A DNA stretch of 64,000 bases, taken from the NCBI GenBank assembly GCA_963823035.1, contig CAWGKG010000014.1, positions 288,001-352,000 on the forward strand, written 5' to 3'. The notes under the pieces are model-generated. The model searched no databases. It was not told where the DNA came from and saw only the letters and a list, made by a program, of their open reading frames with translations. The position numbers were made by a program, and so were the translations under genes. Source of the stretch: an uncultured Gemmatimonadales bacterium. GTDB taxonomy: Bacteria; Gemmatimonadota; Gemmatimonadetes; Longimicrobiales; Gaopeijiaceae. The first letter of the stretch is position 1, and the number at the start of each line of letters is the position of its first letter. Positions 54,101-62,000 of this stretch are shown here, piece by piece.

Positions 54101-55516
54101 AACGAGGCCTCTTTGTACGGCAGCCTGCTCGCACAATGGAACCGACTTCCGCCCGCCATCCTCGCGCGTGACCGTCCCGGAACGAGTGGGTATCTGACCG
54201 GGAGCCCGGAGGTACCCGGCTCGTTCACACGCACCGGGTGGGACTCCGTGCAGACGAGCCTCGAGGCTACCGGCGACGCCGCCAGCCTCGACCTGCACGT
54301 GGTCGGCACGGAGTTCTTCGATCGGCTGCGCGCACGAGGCTTCGACCCGCAGACCGTGGCGCCCCACCTCGAAGAGCGCTACGAGCAGGACTACCGTGAC
54401 GCCTGGATCGGCTTCCTGGCGGGGACGCACCTGGACGGGCGCGGGCTGCAGAGCAGCGGTCCGTGGCTGACCGAGCTGGGTGGAAACCGCTCCCCGATCT
54501 TCCAGCTCCTGGCCTACGTGGACTCGCAGACGAGCGTGGATCGACCCGCGGTCGAGGCGCCCTTCGGCGCCCTTGCGGGACTGCTGGCGCCGGACACCGT
54601 CCAGCAGATCTTCAGCGAGGCGAGTGGCCGTCCGTACCTGCTCAAGGTCCAGACGCTGGCCCAGGGTGTCGGCCAGCTGGCCTCGCAGCCGGGATCGCCC
54701 GAGGCTTCGCAGGCGGTGCGTGCGGCCTCCTCCGACGGCCTCGCCTTCGTGCGGGGCATCGAGGTCGATTTCCCCACCGAGCCGGCCCCGGCCAACCGTG
54801 CCAGCGAGGCCGTGACCGCGCTGCTCGCCGGTCCTTTCCGGTGGGCGGACCAGCAGGCGGGCCAGGGTCCGCAGCTCGCGGCGAACCAGCTCGCCCGGGA
54901 GTTCTGCTCCAGACAGGAGAGCCGCGTGCTGGGGCGCTATCCCTTCCACACGGGGTCGCCCGACGCCTCCCTCCAGGACGTCGACGCGCTGCTGAAGACG
55001 GACGGGGAGATGCAGGGCTTCTTCCGGGCGGCGGAGGGTACCGGCGCCACGCTGAACCCGACCTACGAGCGCTTCCGCACCCGGGCGAACGAGATCGCCG
55101 AGGCCTTTTATCAGAGCGGAGGCGCCAGCCCGGGGTTCCCGCTCCAGTTCCAGGTGCGCAGCTTCGAGGGGATCGACCGTGTGGAGCTGCGCATCGACGG
55201 CAGCTCTCGCTTCTACACCCCGGCGCAGCAGGACCGGCAGACCTTCACGTGGGACGCGGCCCGTGCCGAGCAGGCCAGCCTCGTGGTCCAGTCCGGCGAC
55301 CGACGGGAGCCGCTTGAATTCAACGGCACGTGGGCGATCTTCCGGCTCTTCCACCAGGGCAACTGGGAGTCGGCCGGAAACAGCACGTATCGCGTGACCT
55401 GGACCCTGCCCAGCACGGGGATGAGGGTCACCGCGGACGTGACGCTGCGCGGTGCGCCGATCCTCGACCGCAGTTACCTGTCGACGTTCTCGTGCCCGAC
55501 GAGCATCGCCCGATGA
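48134..55516 (+). CDS. 2460-aa multi-pass membrane protein: CoxE-like N-domain, PEGA repeats, CsgG/TolB-N-like domain, WD40, vWA-like core, TssM/IcmF-like C-terminus
   Basis: FLDALRRRGFRIG..LLCKS..EQEDF; PEGA (S.P.GA.V.IDG, ITL.GY); LAVLPF..VVERG.L..LLEEQ.L; SLAFSPDG repeats; TVRATV..GVF.PVY..EYLALIDR, RLLLFAD, LTP; LSRLPWFR..MPDWLR; L.RLDALR..LMYSG..YF, Y..LK.Y, YPF, FNGTWAIFRLF. Confidence 0.85.
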   Translation: MGEEPGLNARAFVDPAALVDFLDALRRRGFRIGGAEYVAAQDLIVTLTVQGVPLGEDDHLERHLRPLLCKSAQEQEDFGTIIAAWRERLLPGRRSAGKARPAPPPSDLHAEIASAARAGRSWKRIAAGVLVAGIAITAATLWSVANRRWTVHVVTVPQGATVRLERSEREGPPGVGGATERPVDVVEAVRDTMLGVTPLRWLDVPPGTHELVITLDGYADTTRVAEVRAGPLSLFRRSRPEIDLVDTLRPLQRVLVSIGTDPEGADVHLEPLNSSLRGSVSADSSGRWFALEGVYSVSASLDGYEDLTQRDTLRPGRANSIHLELQRRPVGILSAATSPTGATIFIDSVETVTTASDGPVATKIDAGRRHVRARLDGYVELDSVITIDEHATRPIDWTLRPLPTFSLQVESAPDGASVWIDGERVGTTNFLSDVDSGPHAIRITLTGYEEFSESAFRVEADTSLLATLHTQRRPLRRVTFGADGRLAAGNADSTVVIWDVRGRSPLRAIPSSSMRLIRRRSERTPGATSPSGTAPPETSLGDASGGRGATTRPSIAPEQAPEAGTSRSWTLAVLPFQYLGTDTTLQALGQGVTDLLLTSLAQTNGLRVVERGALQPLLEEQRLSAAGRVDESTAVQVGRLLAADRVVLGRIVSVQGGLSLDAQVVDARTSEQLASVRTPPFAVDGIFDAVQDVTLSLLDRLGVELTEAERVRIRQIATAGAKGVVATPDAVLGIEWPTLEGESADSSGSFSFQDLVQDVAVAPDGSRAAAPGEEGAVNLYAPGADPVGILSGNFVPIQSLAFSPDGRLLAHGDAAGGVWLWVAAPEPIHAWPAPRGPGATAAPEIAFDMSGGDTLAIAVQGVSAAWDVGSGASLHIRTTADSTKVTRVARGGPDWTRSAWLDGDSTDVLRRPGAPRAHAYSPDSSMLATVNEDGIRLWRHQDRGLVDALLMGAARGDDAGLKTAAKVDGASTVESIVFSPDGTLLAAADADSVRVWPVRPARVLAGDSGAVVGSGAFDSSIQSLAQGSGEAERYLWRIRLGSHNGAVTSLAFSPDGQRLASSSMDSTAIVWNVGAAVAQDTIRSGDAIESVAFSPDGTRLASAQADSVLIWDAGGSRLATVVGWLRTYWLAITPPLLLIVAGLVMVPLGWRRRADRFLGRRRTTEPPDLMNVTFAGLESPLFPEASLFRIAQRFRRRIQVDAPDLDPTGTVRATVDRAGVFTPVYARRQIPPEYLALIDRSTHGDQQARFIDDLLDRLVRDGVFVERYYFDRDARLCFPRDAQERPVALRRLTQRFPGHRLLLFADAETFFSRVTGRREAWTRQLLTWPERALLTPEIPERWGAREEALQDDFLVRHASPDGLLATADRDAKLERVGYEGSSFPFPPALRRRGARWLERDPVGPEELDETIAGLRGYLGEAGFYWLAACAVGPAMSWRLTLNLGYELRGEDGERLLDGERMLALSRLPWFRNDYMPDWLRDRLIDEMTPSQEAAVRGVFWSLLGTATLGHGNLSDLRVARDESRALGRIMSRVLERVRHEAPKDPQLNDYLFVSFMEEETAGRLAVRVGHAMTDVFNARRDGKASRRRPRVERARGIAAAVLPALVAVVIGSVWLWGAIPPEHAGVEITPVASLAVDTPIPQPEPPWDASPLLRFLLSVGPGLALLALMVGAGAKVVRPAARKLRAWVGGGVEAPGSLDSDVRGETPSPMRAPRLPRPKTLAFGIPALVVVAVLGWMTAGWLHLSGWLLWVVRSMLWILGGLMVGLRTFGRTLPRRVSLAAAIAAVLFLVALVVAAHREDAALRDEVNAAIEGVQDLSQPPGGVIGEAELQRLDALRRVTARLSRWENEGRPLRRFLLMYSGDELYPLARRAYFARLRTLMFSRAFEDVREQLASLPPEPTLDEYDRVYRSLKVYVEVTERPDQATGPFFGDVLTEHWAAGEDPDSLSRSLAKEQFAFLGSELPYGNPYDEAQNSGLVNTARSFLADNTNEASLYGSLLAQWNRLPPAILARDRPGTSGYLTGSPEVPGSFTRTGWDSVQTSLEATGDAASLDLHVVGTEFFDRLRARGFDPQTVAPHLEERYEQDYRDAWIGFLAGTHLDGRGLQSSGPWLTELGGNRSPIFQLLAYVDSQTSVDRPAVEAPFGALAGLLAPDTVQQIFSEASGRPYLLKVQTLAQGVGQLASQPGSPEASQAVRAASSDGLAFVRGIEVDFPTEPAPANRASEAVTALLAGPFRWADQQAGQGPQLAANQLAREFCSRQESRVLGRYPFHTGSPDASLQDVDALLKTDGEMQGFFRAAEGTGATLNPTYERFRTRANEIAEAFYQSGGASPGFPLQFQVRSFEGIDRVELRIDGSSRFYTPAQQDRQTFTWDAARAEQASLVVQSGDRREPLEFNGTWAIFRLFHQGNWESAGNSTYRVTWTLPSTGMRVTADVTLRGAPILDRSYLSTFSCPTSIAR

Positions 55517-55729
55517 GCCGCCTCGCCCAGGACACGACCGCAAGTGACCGCGGAGTGGTGGCGTGACGGTGAGAGAGTCAAGCAGGATGGCACGTACTCC
55601 GCGTCGTACAGCGCGAACGGCTACCGCATCGACTGGGCCATCACGCCGGATGCGCCCGGCGCATGGGAGGTACGCGTGTACAATTCGCTCGGGCAGCTGG
55701 TGGCCCGCCGGGCCTTTGCGGTGAGTTGA
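55517..55729 (+). pseudogene. Orphan beta-rich (DUF2914/Ig-like) C-terminal fragment in frame with the giant gene
   Basis: VTAEWWRDG..GYR..PGAWEVRVYNSLGQLVARRAFAVS*; same frame as 48134..55516, separated only by its TGA. Confidence 0.55.
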
Positions 55730-55878
55730 GGAAGCGGCCTACGGGGACCGAGATGCGCCCGTACGGTCCACATGCCGACAACTGGCTTCGCCCCTCCCCG
55801 CCTGGTATTGTGCTGCCTGTGAACACCCCGCGCCCCGGGTCGTCGGGGTCGGGAGACCCCCCCGAGCTTCGCCAAGCC

Positions 55879-58707
55879 GTGCCCAACGACCCGCTCACGC
55901 TCCTCGAGGCTCACCTCTCTGATCGATATCGATTCGAGGGGCGCCTGGGTGAGGGCGGCATGGCCACCGTCTTGCTGGCCACCGATCTGAAGCATGGTCG
56001 TCGGGTGGCCGTGAAGGTCCTCCGCCCCGAGATCGCCGCCCTGGTGGGCGCGCAGCGCTTCCTGACCGAGATCCGCGTCACCGCGGGTCTCCAACATCCC
56101 CACATCCTCCCGCTCTTCGACTCGGGTGAGGTCGACGGCCTACTCTACTACGTCATGCCCCACGCGACGGGGCAGACGCTGAGGGAACGCCTGGACCAGC
56201 AGCCCCCGCTCTCCATCGAGGAGGCACTGGAGATCGCGCGGTCCATCGCTTCGGCCCTGGACTACGCCCACCGCCAGGGGATCATCCACCGCGACGTCAA
56301 GCCGGAGAACATCCTCCTCCAGGATGGTCAGGCTCTTCTCGCGGACTTCGGGATCTCGTTCTCGGTGGGACCCCAGGAGTCCGACCGCTTGACCCGGATC
56401 GGCGGCGGTCTGGGCACCGCGCTCTACATGAGCCCGGAGCAGGCCTTCGGCGAAGGCGTGGGACCCGAAAGCGATGTCTACAGCCTCGGATGCGTGCTCT
56501 TCGAGATGCTGGCGGGGGCGCCACCCTTCACCGGGTCCTCACCGAGGAACGTCAGCGTCCGCCACTCGGCGGACCCGGTTCCGGAGCTCCGGCGCCATCG
56601 CCCGGACCTCGACGCCGCCCTGGCCGCGGTGATCCAGAAGTCCATGGCCAAGCAGCTCGAGGATCGGTACCCGACCGCCGGCGCCTTCGCCGAGGCCCTC
56701 GCGTCCCCGCGGACCCGGGGCGGGTTCCGGGCCCGCTACGCCGTCTTCGGCGCCGTGGCGGTGGCGGCGCTGGCGGCCGTGGCGTGGGCCCTCACCACGC
56801 GGGACGACGCATCCCTGGACCCGAACCGGGTCCTGGTGTATCCGCTGGTCCTCCCGGCGGGATTCTCCGGCCCCGCCTCGCTGGGTGAGGACGTGGCCAC
56901 CATGATCGGCCACGCGCTGGACGGCACCGGCCCGCTCCGGTGGCTCGACGGGTGGACCCTCCTCGATCCCGACACGCGCGACGACATCCGCAAGCTCTCG
57001 CTGGATCGGGCGCGCGACCTGGCCCGCGCACGAGGAAGCGCATTCTTCGTCATGGGCAGGCTGGTGGGTCGCGGGGACTCGGCGGACGTCTTCCTGGACC
57101 TCCACGCGGTGGACGGCGACGACGTGGTGGCCCGAGGCCAGGCGACCGGGCTGCTGAGCGACGCATGGAAGCCCGGCCTCACCGCAGTGAACGACCTGCT
57201 CCCCGCGCTCATCCCCGGTGGAGGGGTGACCGACGTGGCCACGGACTGGAAGGATCGCAACCCGTCCGCCATCGCCAACTTCCTGCTGGGGGAGGCGGCG
57301 TTCCGGCGGGTGCATCTGGGAGAGGCGCTCGATCGCTACCGCGATGCCGTCGCGGCGGACTCCACCTTCGCGGTGGCCGCCATCCGGGGAGCCCAGGCGG
57401 CCCAATGGAACCACCGCCCGCGGGAGGCCGTGTCCCTGCTCGAGGTGGCCTTGAAGCAGCCGTTGCCACCCCGGTACCGGCACTTCGCGCGGGGCTACGA
57501 CCACTACCTTCGTGGACAGGCGGACTCGGCTGCGGCAGAGTTGCGCCTGGCCCTCGAGGCCGACCCCGACATGGCCGGGGCCTGGATGCAGCTCGGGGAG
57601 GTCTACACGCACCTGCTCCCCCTGACGGGAGAGCCGGACTCGCTGGCCGACGCCGCGTTCACGGAGGCCCGCCGCCTGGATCCGCGTGCGGCGAACATCC
57701 TGCTTCACCCCATCGAGATCCGGTTGCGACGCGGCGACGTGGACGGCGCCGCTCCCCTGATTCGCCAGTTCCTGGCGGCCGGCCCGGATACGACCGAAGC
57801 GGCCAAGGTCCAGCTCCTGGACGCGTGCGTCCGGGGAGGCCCGGCGTCGGTGGACTGGAACGGGGAGGCGGCCAAGCGTCCCCTGGTCGTGCTCTTCGCC
57901 GGCCGGTCGATGGCCGGCGAAGGGGCCCGGTTCCGATGCGCCGAAGCCGCGTACGACGCTCTTCTGCAGGTCGACACCGCCCGAACGGACGACGCCGACG
58001 GCCGGCGGTGGGTCGCCCTCGTGGGGCGCTTCTCAGCGGCGGTCGCCCACGGCGAGATCGACGCCGCGGAGGCCTTCGTGGACGGCGCGGTCGAGCGATG
58101 GGGGTACGGCTCGACCCTCTATCTGCTGGGCTCCATCGTGGCGCCCAGCCTGGAGCAGCGGGCCTGGACCGTAGCCCGAGGCGACGAAGCCAAATTTGGG
58201 CGCAACTTCGCCCAGTACCCCTCCACCGTGCGGCTGTGGGAGGTGGGTGTGCTCGAGGCGCGCCGGGGTCGTCCGGAGGTGGCCGAGGCCATGGCCCGGG
58301 AGCTCCATCGACAGGCCCGCGATGTCGACTCGACCTACGACGGGCACCTGGCCCGATCCCTGGAAGGCTTCGTCTCCTTGGCCCGCGGAGACACGACCGG
58401 TGCCATGGAGACCTTCACCGCCCTGGTCCCGCAGGCGTTCGTAGCCTTGGACCTCCAGTGGGACGAGCTGGAGCCCCGGGGGGCCGAGCGCCTCACCCTG
58501 GCGGAGTTGTACCTTGCTCGAGGCGATGCCGGGCGCGCCCTGGACATCGCCTCGGTATTCGACTCGTCATGGCCGCTGATCCACATGCTGTACCTGCCTG
58601 CCAGCCTCGAGTTGAGGGCCCAGGCAGCTTCGATACTGGGAGACTCGGTTCGTGCCGCCCTGTTCCGTGAACGCCTCCGGGCGCTCGGCAGCGGCTCGCC
58701 CCCGTGA
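55879..58707 (+). CDS. Membrane Ser/Thr protein kinase with extracytoplasmic TolB-N-like and TPR-like region (start uncertain: 55819 or 55879)
   Basis: DRY..LGEGGMATV, VAVKVL, HPHILPLFDSG, HRDVKPENIL, DFG, YMSPEQ, SDVYSLG; one TM helix; helical repeats. Confidence 0.93.
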   Translation: MPNDPLTLLEAHLSDRYRFEGRLGEGGMATVLLATDLKHGRRVAVKVLRPEIAALVGAQRFLTEIRVTAGLQHPHILPLFDSGEVDGLLYYVMPHATGQTLRERLDQQPPLSIEEALEIARSIASALDYAHRQGIIHRDVKPENILLQDGQALLADFGISFSVGPQESDRLTRIGGGLGTALYMSPEQAFGEGVGPESDVYSLGCVLFEMLAGAPPFTGSSPRNVSVRHSADPVPELRRHRPDLDAALAAVIQKSMAKQLEDRYPTAGAFAEALASPRTRGGFRARYAVFGAVAVAALAAVAWALTTRDDASLDPNRVLVYPLVLPAGFSGPASLGEDVATMIGHALDGTGPLRWLDGWTLLDPDTRDDIRKLSLDRARDLARARGSAFFVMGRLVGRGDSADVFLDLHAVDGDDVVARGQATGLLSDAWKPGLTAVNDLLPALIPGGGVTDVATDWKDRNPSAIANFLLGEAAFRRVHLGEALDRYRDAVAADSTFAVAAIRGAQAAQWNHRPREAVSLLEVALKQPLPPRYRHFARGYDHYLRGQADSAAAELRLALEADPDMAGAWMQLGEVYTHLLPLTGEPDSLADAAFTEARRLDPRAANILLHPIEIRLRRGDVDGAAPLIRQFLAAGPDTTEAAKVQLLDACVRGGPASVDWNGEAAKRPLVVLFAGRSMAGEGARFRCAEAAYDALLQVDTARTDDADGRRWVALVGRFSAAVAHGEIDAAEAFVDGAVERWGYGSTLYLLGSIVAPSLEQRAWTVARGDEAKFGRNFAQYPSTVRLWEVGVLEARRGRPEVAEAMARELHRQARDVDSTYDGHLARSLEGFVSLARGDTTGAMETFTALVPQAFVALDLQWDELEPRGAERLTLAELYLARGDAGRALDIASVFDSSWPLIHMLYLPASLELRAQAASILGDSVRAALFRERLRALGSGSPP

Positions 58708-58741
58708 CCCGGTAGCAACCCTTCAACACACGGAGGCCCCG

Positions 58742-58975
58742 ATGGCAAGCAACGGCGGAGCCGGCAAGAAAGGACGTGAGGGCGCAACGCCCCCCAAGGG
58801 CGGGACCAAGGGACGTGAGGGCGCCACGGCCCCCCCGCCCAAACCCGCCGGACGCGAGGGCGCCACGCCCCCCAAGGGCGGAAACAAGGGACGCGAGGGC
58901 GCCACGGCCCCCCCACCCAAACCCGCCGGACGCGAGGGCGCGAGCCCGCCCAAGCCGAGGACGAGGGGCAACTGA
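58742..58975 (+). CDS. 77-aa peptide with five 13-aa-period GREGA(T/S) repeats
   Basis: GGAGG RBS; MASNGGAGKK-GREGATPPKGGTK-GREGATAPPPKPA-GREGATPPKGGNK-GREGATAPPPKPA-GREGASPPKP-RTRGN*. Confidence 0.75.
   Translation: MASNGGAGKKGREGATPPKGGTKGREGATAPPPKPAGREGATPPKGGNKGREGATAPPPKPAGREGASPPKPRTRGN
58772..58957 (+). repeat. 39-bp-period tandem repeat (A-B-A-B-A', 78-bp higher-order unit)
   Basis: ggacg(t/c)gagggcgc recurs at 58772, 58811, 58850, 58889 and 58928. Confidence 0.92.
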
Positions 58976-58980
58976 CGGCC

Positions 58981-59019
58981 GAGCCGGGCGCCGCCTCCCC
59001 GGAGGTCGGCGTCCGGCTC
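58981..59019 (+). terminator. Long hairpin after the repeat peptide gene
   Basis: GAGCCGGGCGCCGCCTCC/GGAGGTCGGCGTCCGGCTC followed by actcctcttcct. Confidence 0.55.
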
Positions 59020-59060
59020 ACTCCTCTTCCTGATCCGGACCACCCGAGCCCTGCACCGCC

Positions 59061-62000
59061 ATGAATGCGCCTGCCTCCACACAGACCCGTCATGCCCTCC
59101 TCATCGGGATCGACGCCTATCCGAAGCTGAACCCCCTGGATGGGTGCGTGAACGACGTGCACCTCATGCGATCGGTCCTCCAGGAGCAGTACGGCTTCGC
59201 CGATGGGGACATCACCCAGCTGCTGGACGCCGAGGCCACCCGCGAGGCGATCCTCGCGGCGATGGACGCTCTGGTCGAGCGCGTGGGGAAGGACGACCTC
59301 GTGGTCATCCAGTACGCGGGCCACGGCTGCCAGATGACGGACCGGGAGGGCGACGAGCCCGATGGCCTCGACGAGACCATCATGCCCTACGACAGCGAGG
59401 GCTGGCAGGGCGACAACCGCGACATCACGGATGACGAGATCAACCTCCGTCTCCAGGCGCTGGCGAAGAAGACGAACTACACGACCGTCATCATCGACGC
59501 CTGCCACAGCGGGACCATCACGCGGGACGCCTTCGGCACGAAGGCCCGGACCATGCCGGCCGACCGCCGGCCCGTCGATCAGCTCCCCCCTCCCCCATTC
59601 CTCCGGAGATGCGCGAGGCCATGATGGGACGGGGACCCAGCCGGTGGATGCCCCTCGCGGATTCCCACGTCCTCATGGCGGGGTGCCGCGACGACGAGGT
59701 GTCGTACGAGTATGCCGCGCCCGCGGGCGAGGGCACCGTGGCCCACGGCGCGCTCACGTATTTCCTGGCCGAGGAGCTGCGCAACGCCCCCGAGGGCGCG
59801 ACCTACCGCGACGTGTTCGAGCGGGCCGCCGCCAAGGTGAACGCGGCCAACAACCGGCAGCACCCCCAGATGGAGGGACGGGTGGACCGGGAGGTCTTCG
59901 GCATCCTGGACCGGGTCCCCATGCGATTCACGCGGGTGCTGTCCCGCGAAGGCGACTTCGTGACGCTGGCGGCCGGGTCGGCGCACGGCGCCACGGTGGG
60001 GTCCCGCTACGCCGTCTACCCGCAGGGCACCAAGGTGGAGGGCGACGCGACGCCCGTGGGCGCGGTGGAGGTCACGGCTGTCCGGGTCGTGGACGCCGAC
60101 GCCCGCATCGTCGAGGGCGCCGACGACCCCGCGCTGCAGCCCGACGCGCGGGCCGTGGAGACGACGCACGTGCACGACGCGTTCCGGCTCGTGGTGGAGT
60201 TCGCGGACCGTTCCGGTGACGCCGAGGCTGCCGCAGCCGCGCGCGCGACGCTGGAGGGATCCTCACTCCTGGAGGTCGTCGACGAGGGGAGCGGCTCGGC
60301 CACCGCCCGGGTCTACCTGCTCTCGCCCCGGGAAGGCGCCGGCGACGAGGACCCGGTCCCCCAGCTCGGTGCTCTGGCCGCGCCGACGCTGGCGGTCGTG
60401 GACGGTACGGGCGCTCTGCTCATGCCGCAGCGGCAAGCGGGCGAGCACGCGGTCGTGCGGGAGAACCTGGAGCGCCTCGCCAAGTACCGTCAGGTCCTGT
60501 CGCTGGAGAACCCGGACTCCTACAGCGCCATGAAGGGTCGCTTCTCCATCGACCTGCTGCGCCACGGCGCGGACGGGTCCTGGATCGTCGCGGAGGCGGA
60601 AGAGGCCGGCGGGCTCGTGGTCTACGAGGAGGGCGACGCCATCGCGTTCCGGGTCACCAGCGACCACGACGCTCCCGTGTTCATGAGCCTTCTGGACTTC
60701 GGGCTCACCGGGGCCGTGAGTCAGGTCTATCCGGCTCCGGGCAGCACCGAGAAGCTCGACGGCGGCGTGTCCTTCGACATCGGGACGCGCCCGGGAACGA
60801 AACCGTACACCGTGTCGATCCCCCGGGAGCTGGCCGCCGAATTCACCGAGGCGGTGGAGACCTTGAAGCTGTTCGCGACGTCGGGGCCGGCGGACCTGTC
60901 CGTGCTGTCCCAGGCCGGCGTCCGCAGCGCCGAGCCGAGGGCTGCGGGCTCCCCCCTGTCCGCGCTCCTGCGCGCGGCGAGCCACGGCGGCGTCCGCGAC
61001 ATCTCGCAGCCGGTCGGCGAGGACGACTGGACCACGGCCCTGCGACCCTTCGTCGTGCGACGCCGGGGAGGGGTCGACCTGAACGCCGACGGGAGCACGC
61101 TCAACCTCGGGTCCGTCTCCCTGTCGACCCCCGGGCTCGAAGGGCGGGTGTCGGCCCAACCCGGCGCCAGCGGTCGTGCCGAGGCGCAGGCACCCACGCC
61201 CGCTGCCCTGACCGCCGCCCTCGAAGCGTCGAAGATGACGGTCCAGGACACGGTCCTGGTCACGGCACCGACACCACCCCGCGCCGGTAGCCGGGGCGCG
61301 GGGGTGGAGCCGAGCGTCGAGATCACCGCCAGGGCGCCGGCTCCCGGCTACGACCAGGCGGTGCTGGCCACCGATGAGCTCGGCATGCTCTCCTGGCACC
61401 TCCCCGAGCCGGCGGCCGAGGGGACGCGCTCGGGCCCAGGCGGTGGTCTCACCTACCGCATCCCGTACGGTGAGACGGGCCGCGGCATGGCGGCGTCCGC
61501 GGCATTGGTGGCGCTCAAGGTCCTGGTCTTCCCACGCTGGGAGGCGGCGGTGGGCGCGGTCGCCCAGAGCGCGGTCGCGAAGTGGGAGGCGCACAACCGA
61601 CCCTACCGCGTGCGTTGGTTCGGCCCCGCGGACCACACCCAGGAGGAGGCCCGCCTCATGGACGCCGAGGGCTGGAAGTCCCTCGCGGGCGGACGCTCCC
61701 TCCTCTTCGTCCACGGCACCACGAGCATGGCCCACTCCGCGTTCGGCGATCTGCCGGTGGACTTCATGGAGGAGATGAGCCGCCGCTACGAGGGGCGGGT
61801 CTTCGCCCTCGACCATCCCACGGTCTCGGAGGATCCACGCGACAACGTCAAGTGGTTCCTGGAGCAGATCCCGGACGGAACGCACCTCGACGTGGACATC
61901 GTGTGCCACTCGAGGGGCGGTCTGGTGAGCCGGATCCTGGCCGAGCGGCTGAGCGAGTTCCCCATGGGAGCGCGGACCCTCGACGTGGGCCGGGTGGTGT

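Noticed and set aside
53290..55516. A functional T6SS cluster
   Set aside because: No tssB/C, hcp, vgrG, tssJ/K/L or clpV in the window; only a fused TssM-like part.
55514..55516. Selenocysteine codon
   Set aside because: No redox motif context and no SECIS-like hairpin that I can support; the TGA falls where TssM proteins normally end.
58772..58957. Regularly spaced repeats as a CRISPR array
   Set aside because: The intervening parts are themselves repeated and in-frame coding; there are no unique spacers and no cas genes. The same applies to the 15-bp repeats in rpsP.
58742..58975. Graspetide, lasso or lanthipeptide precursor
   Set aside because: No ATP-grasp ligase, lasso cyclase, dehydratase, radical SAM enzyme or exporter is adjacent, and the peptide has no Cys.
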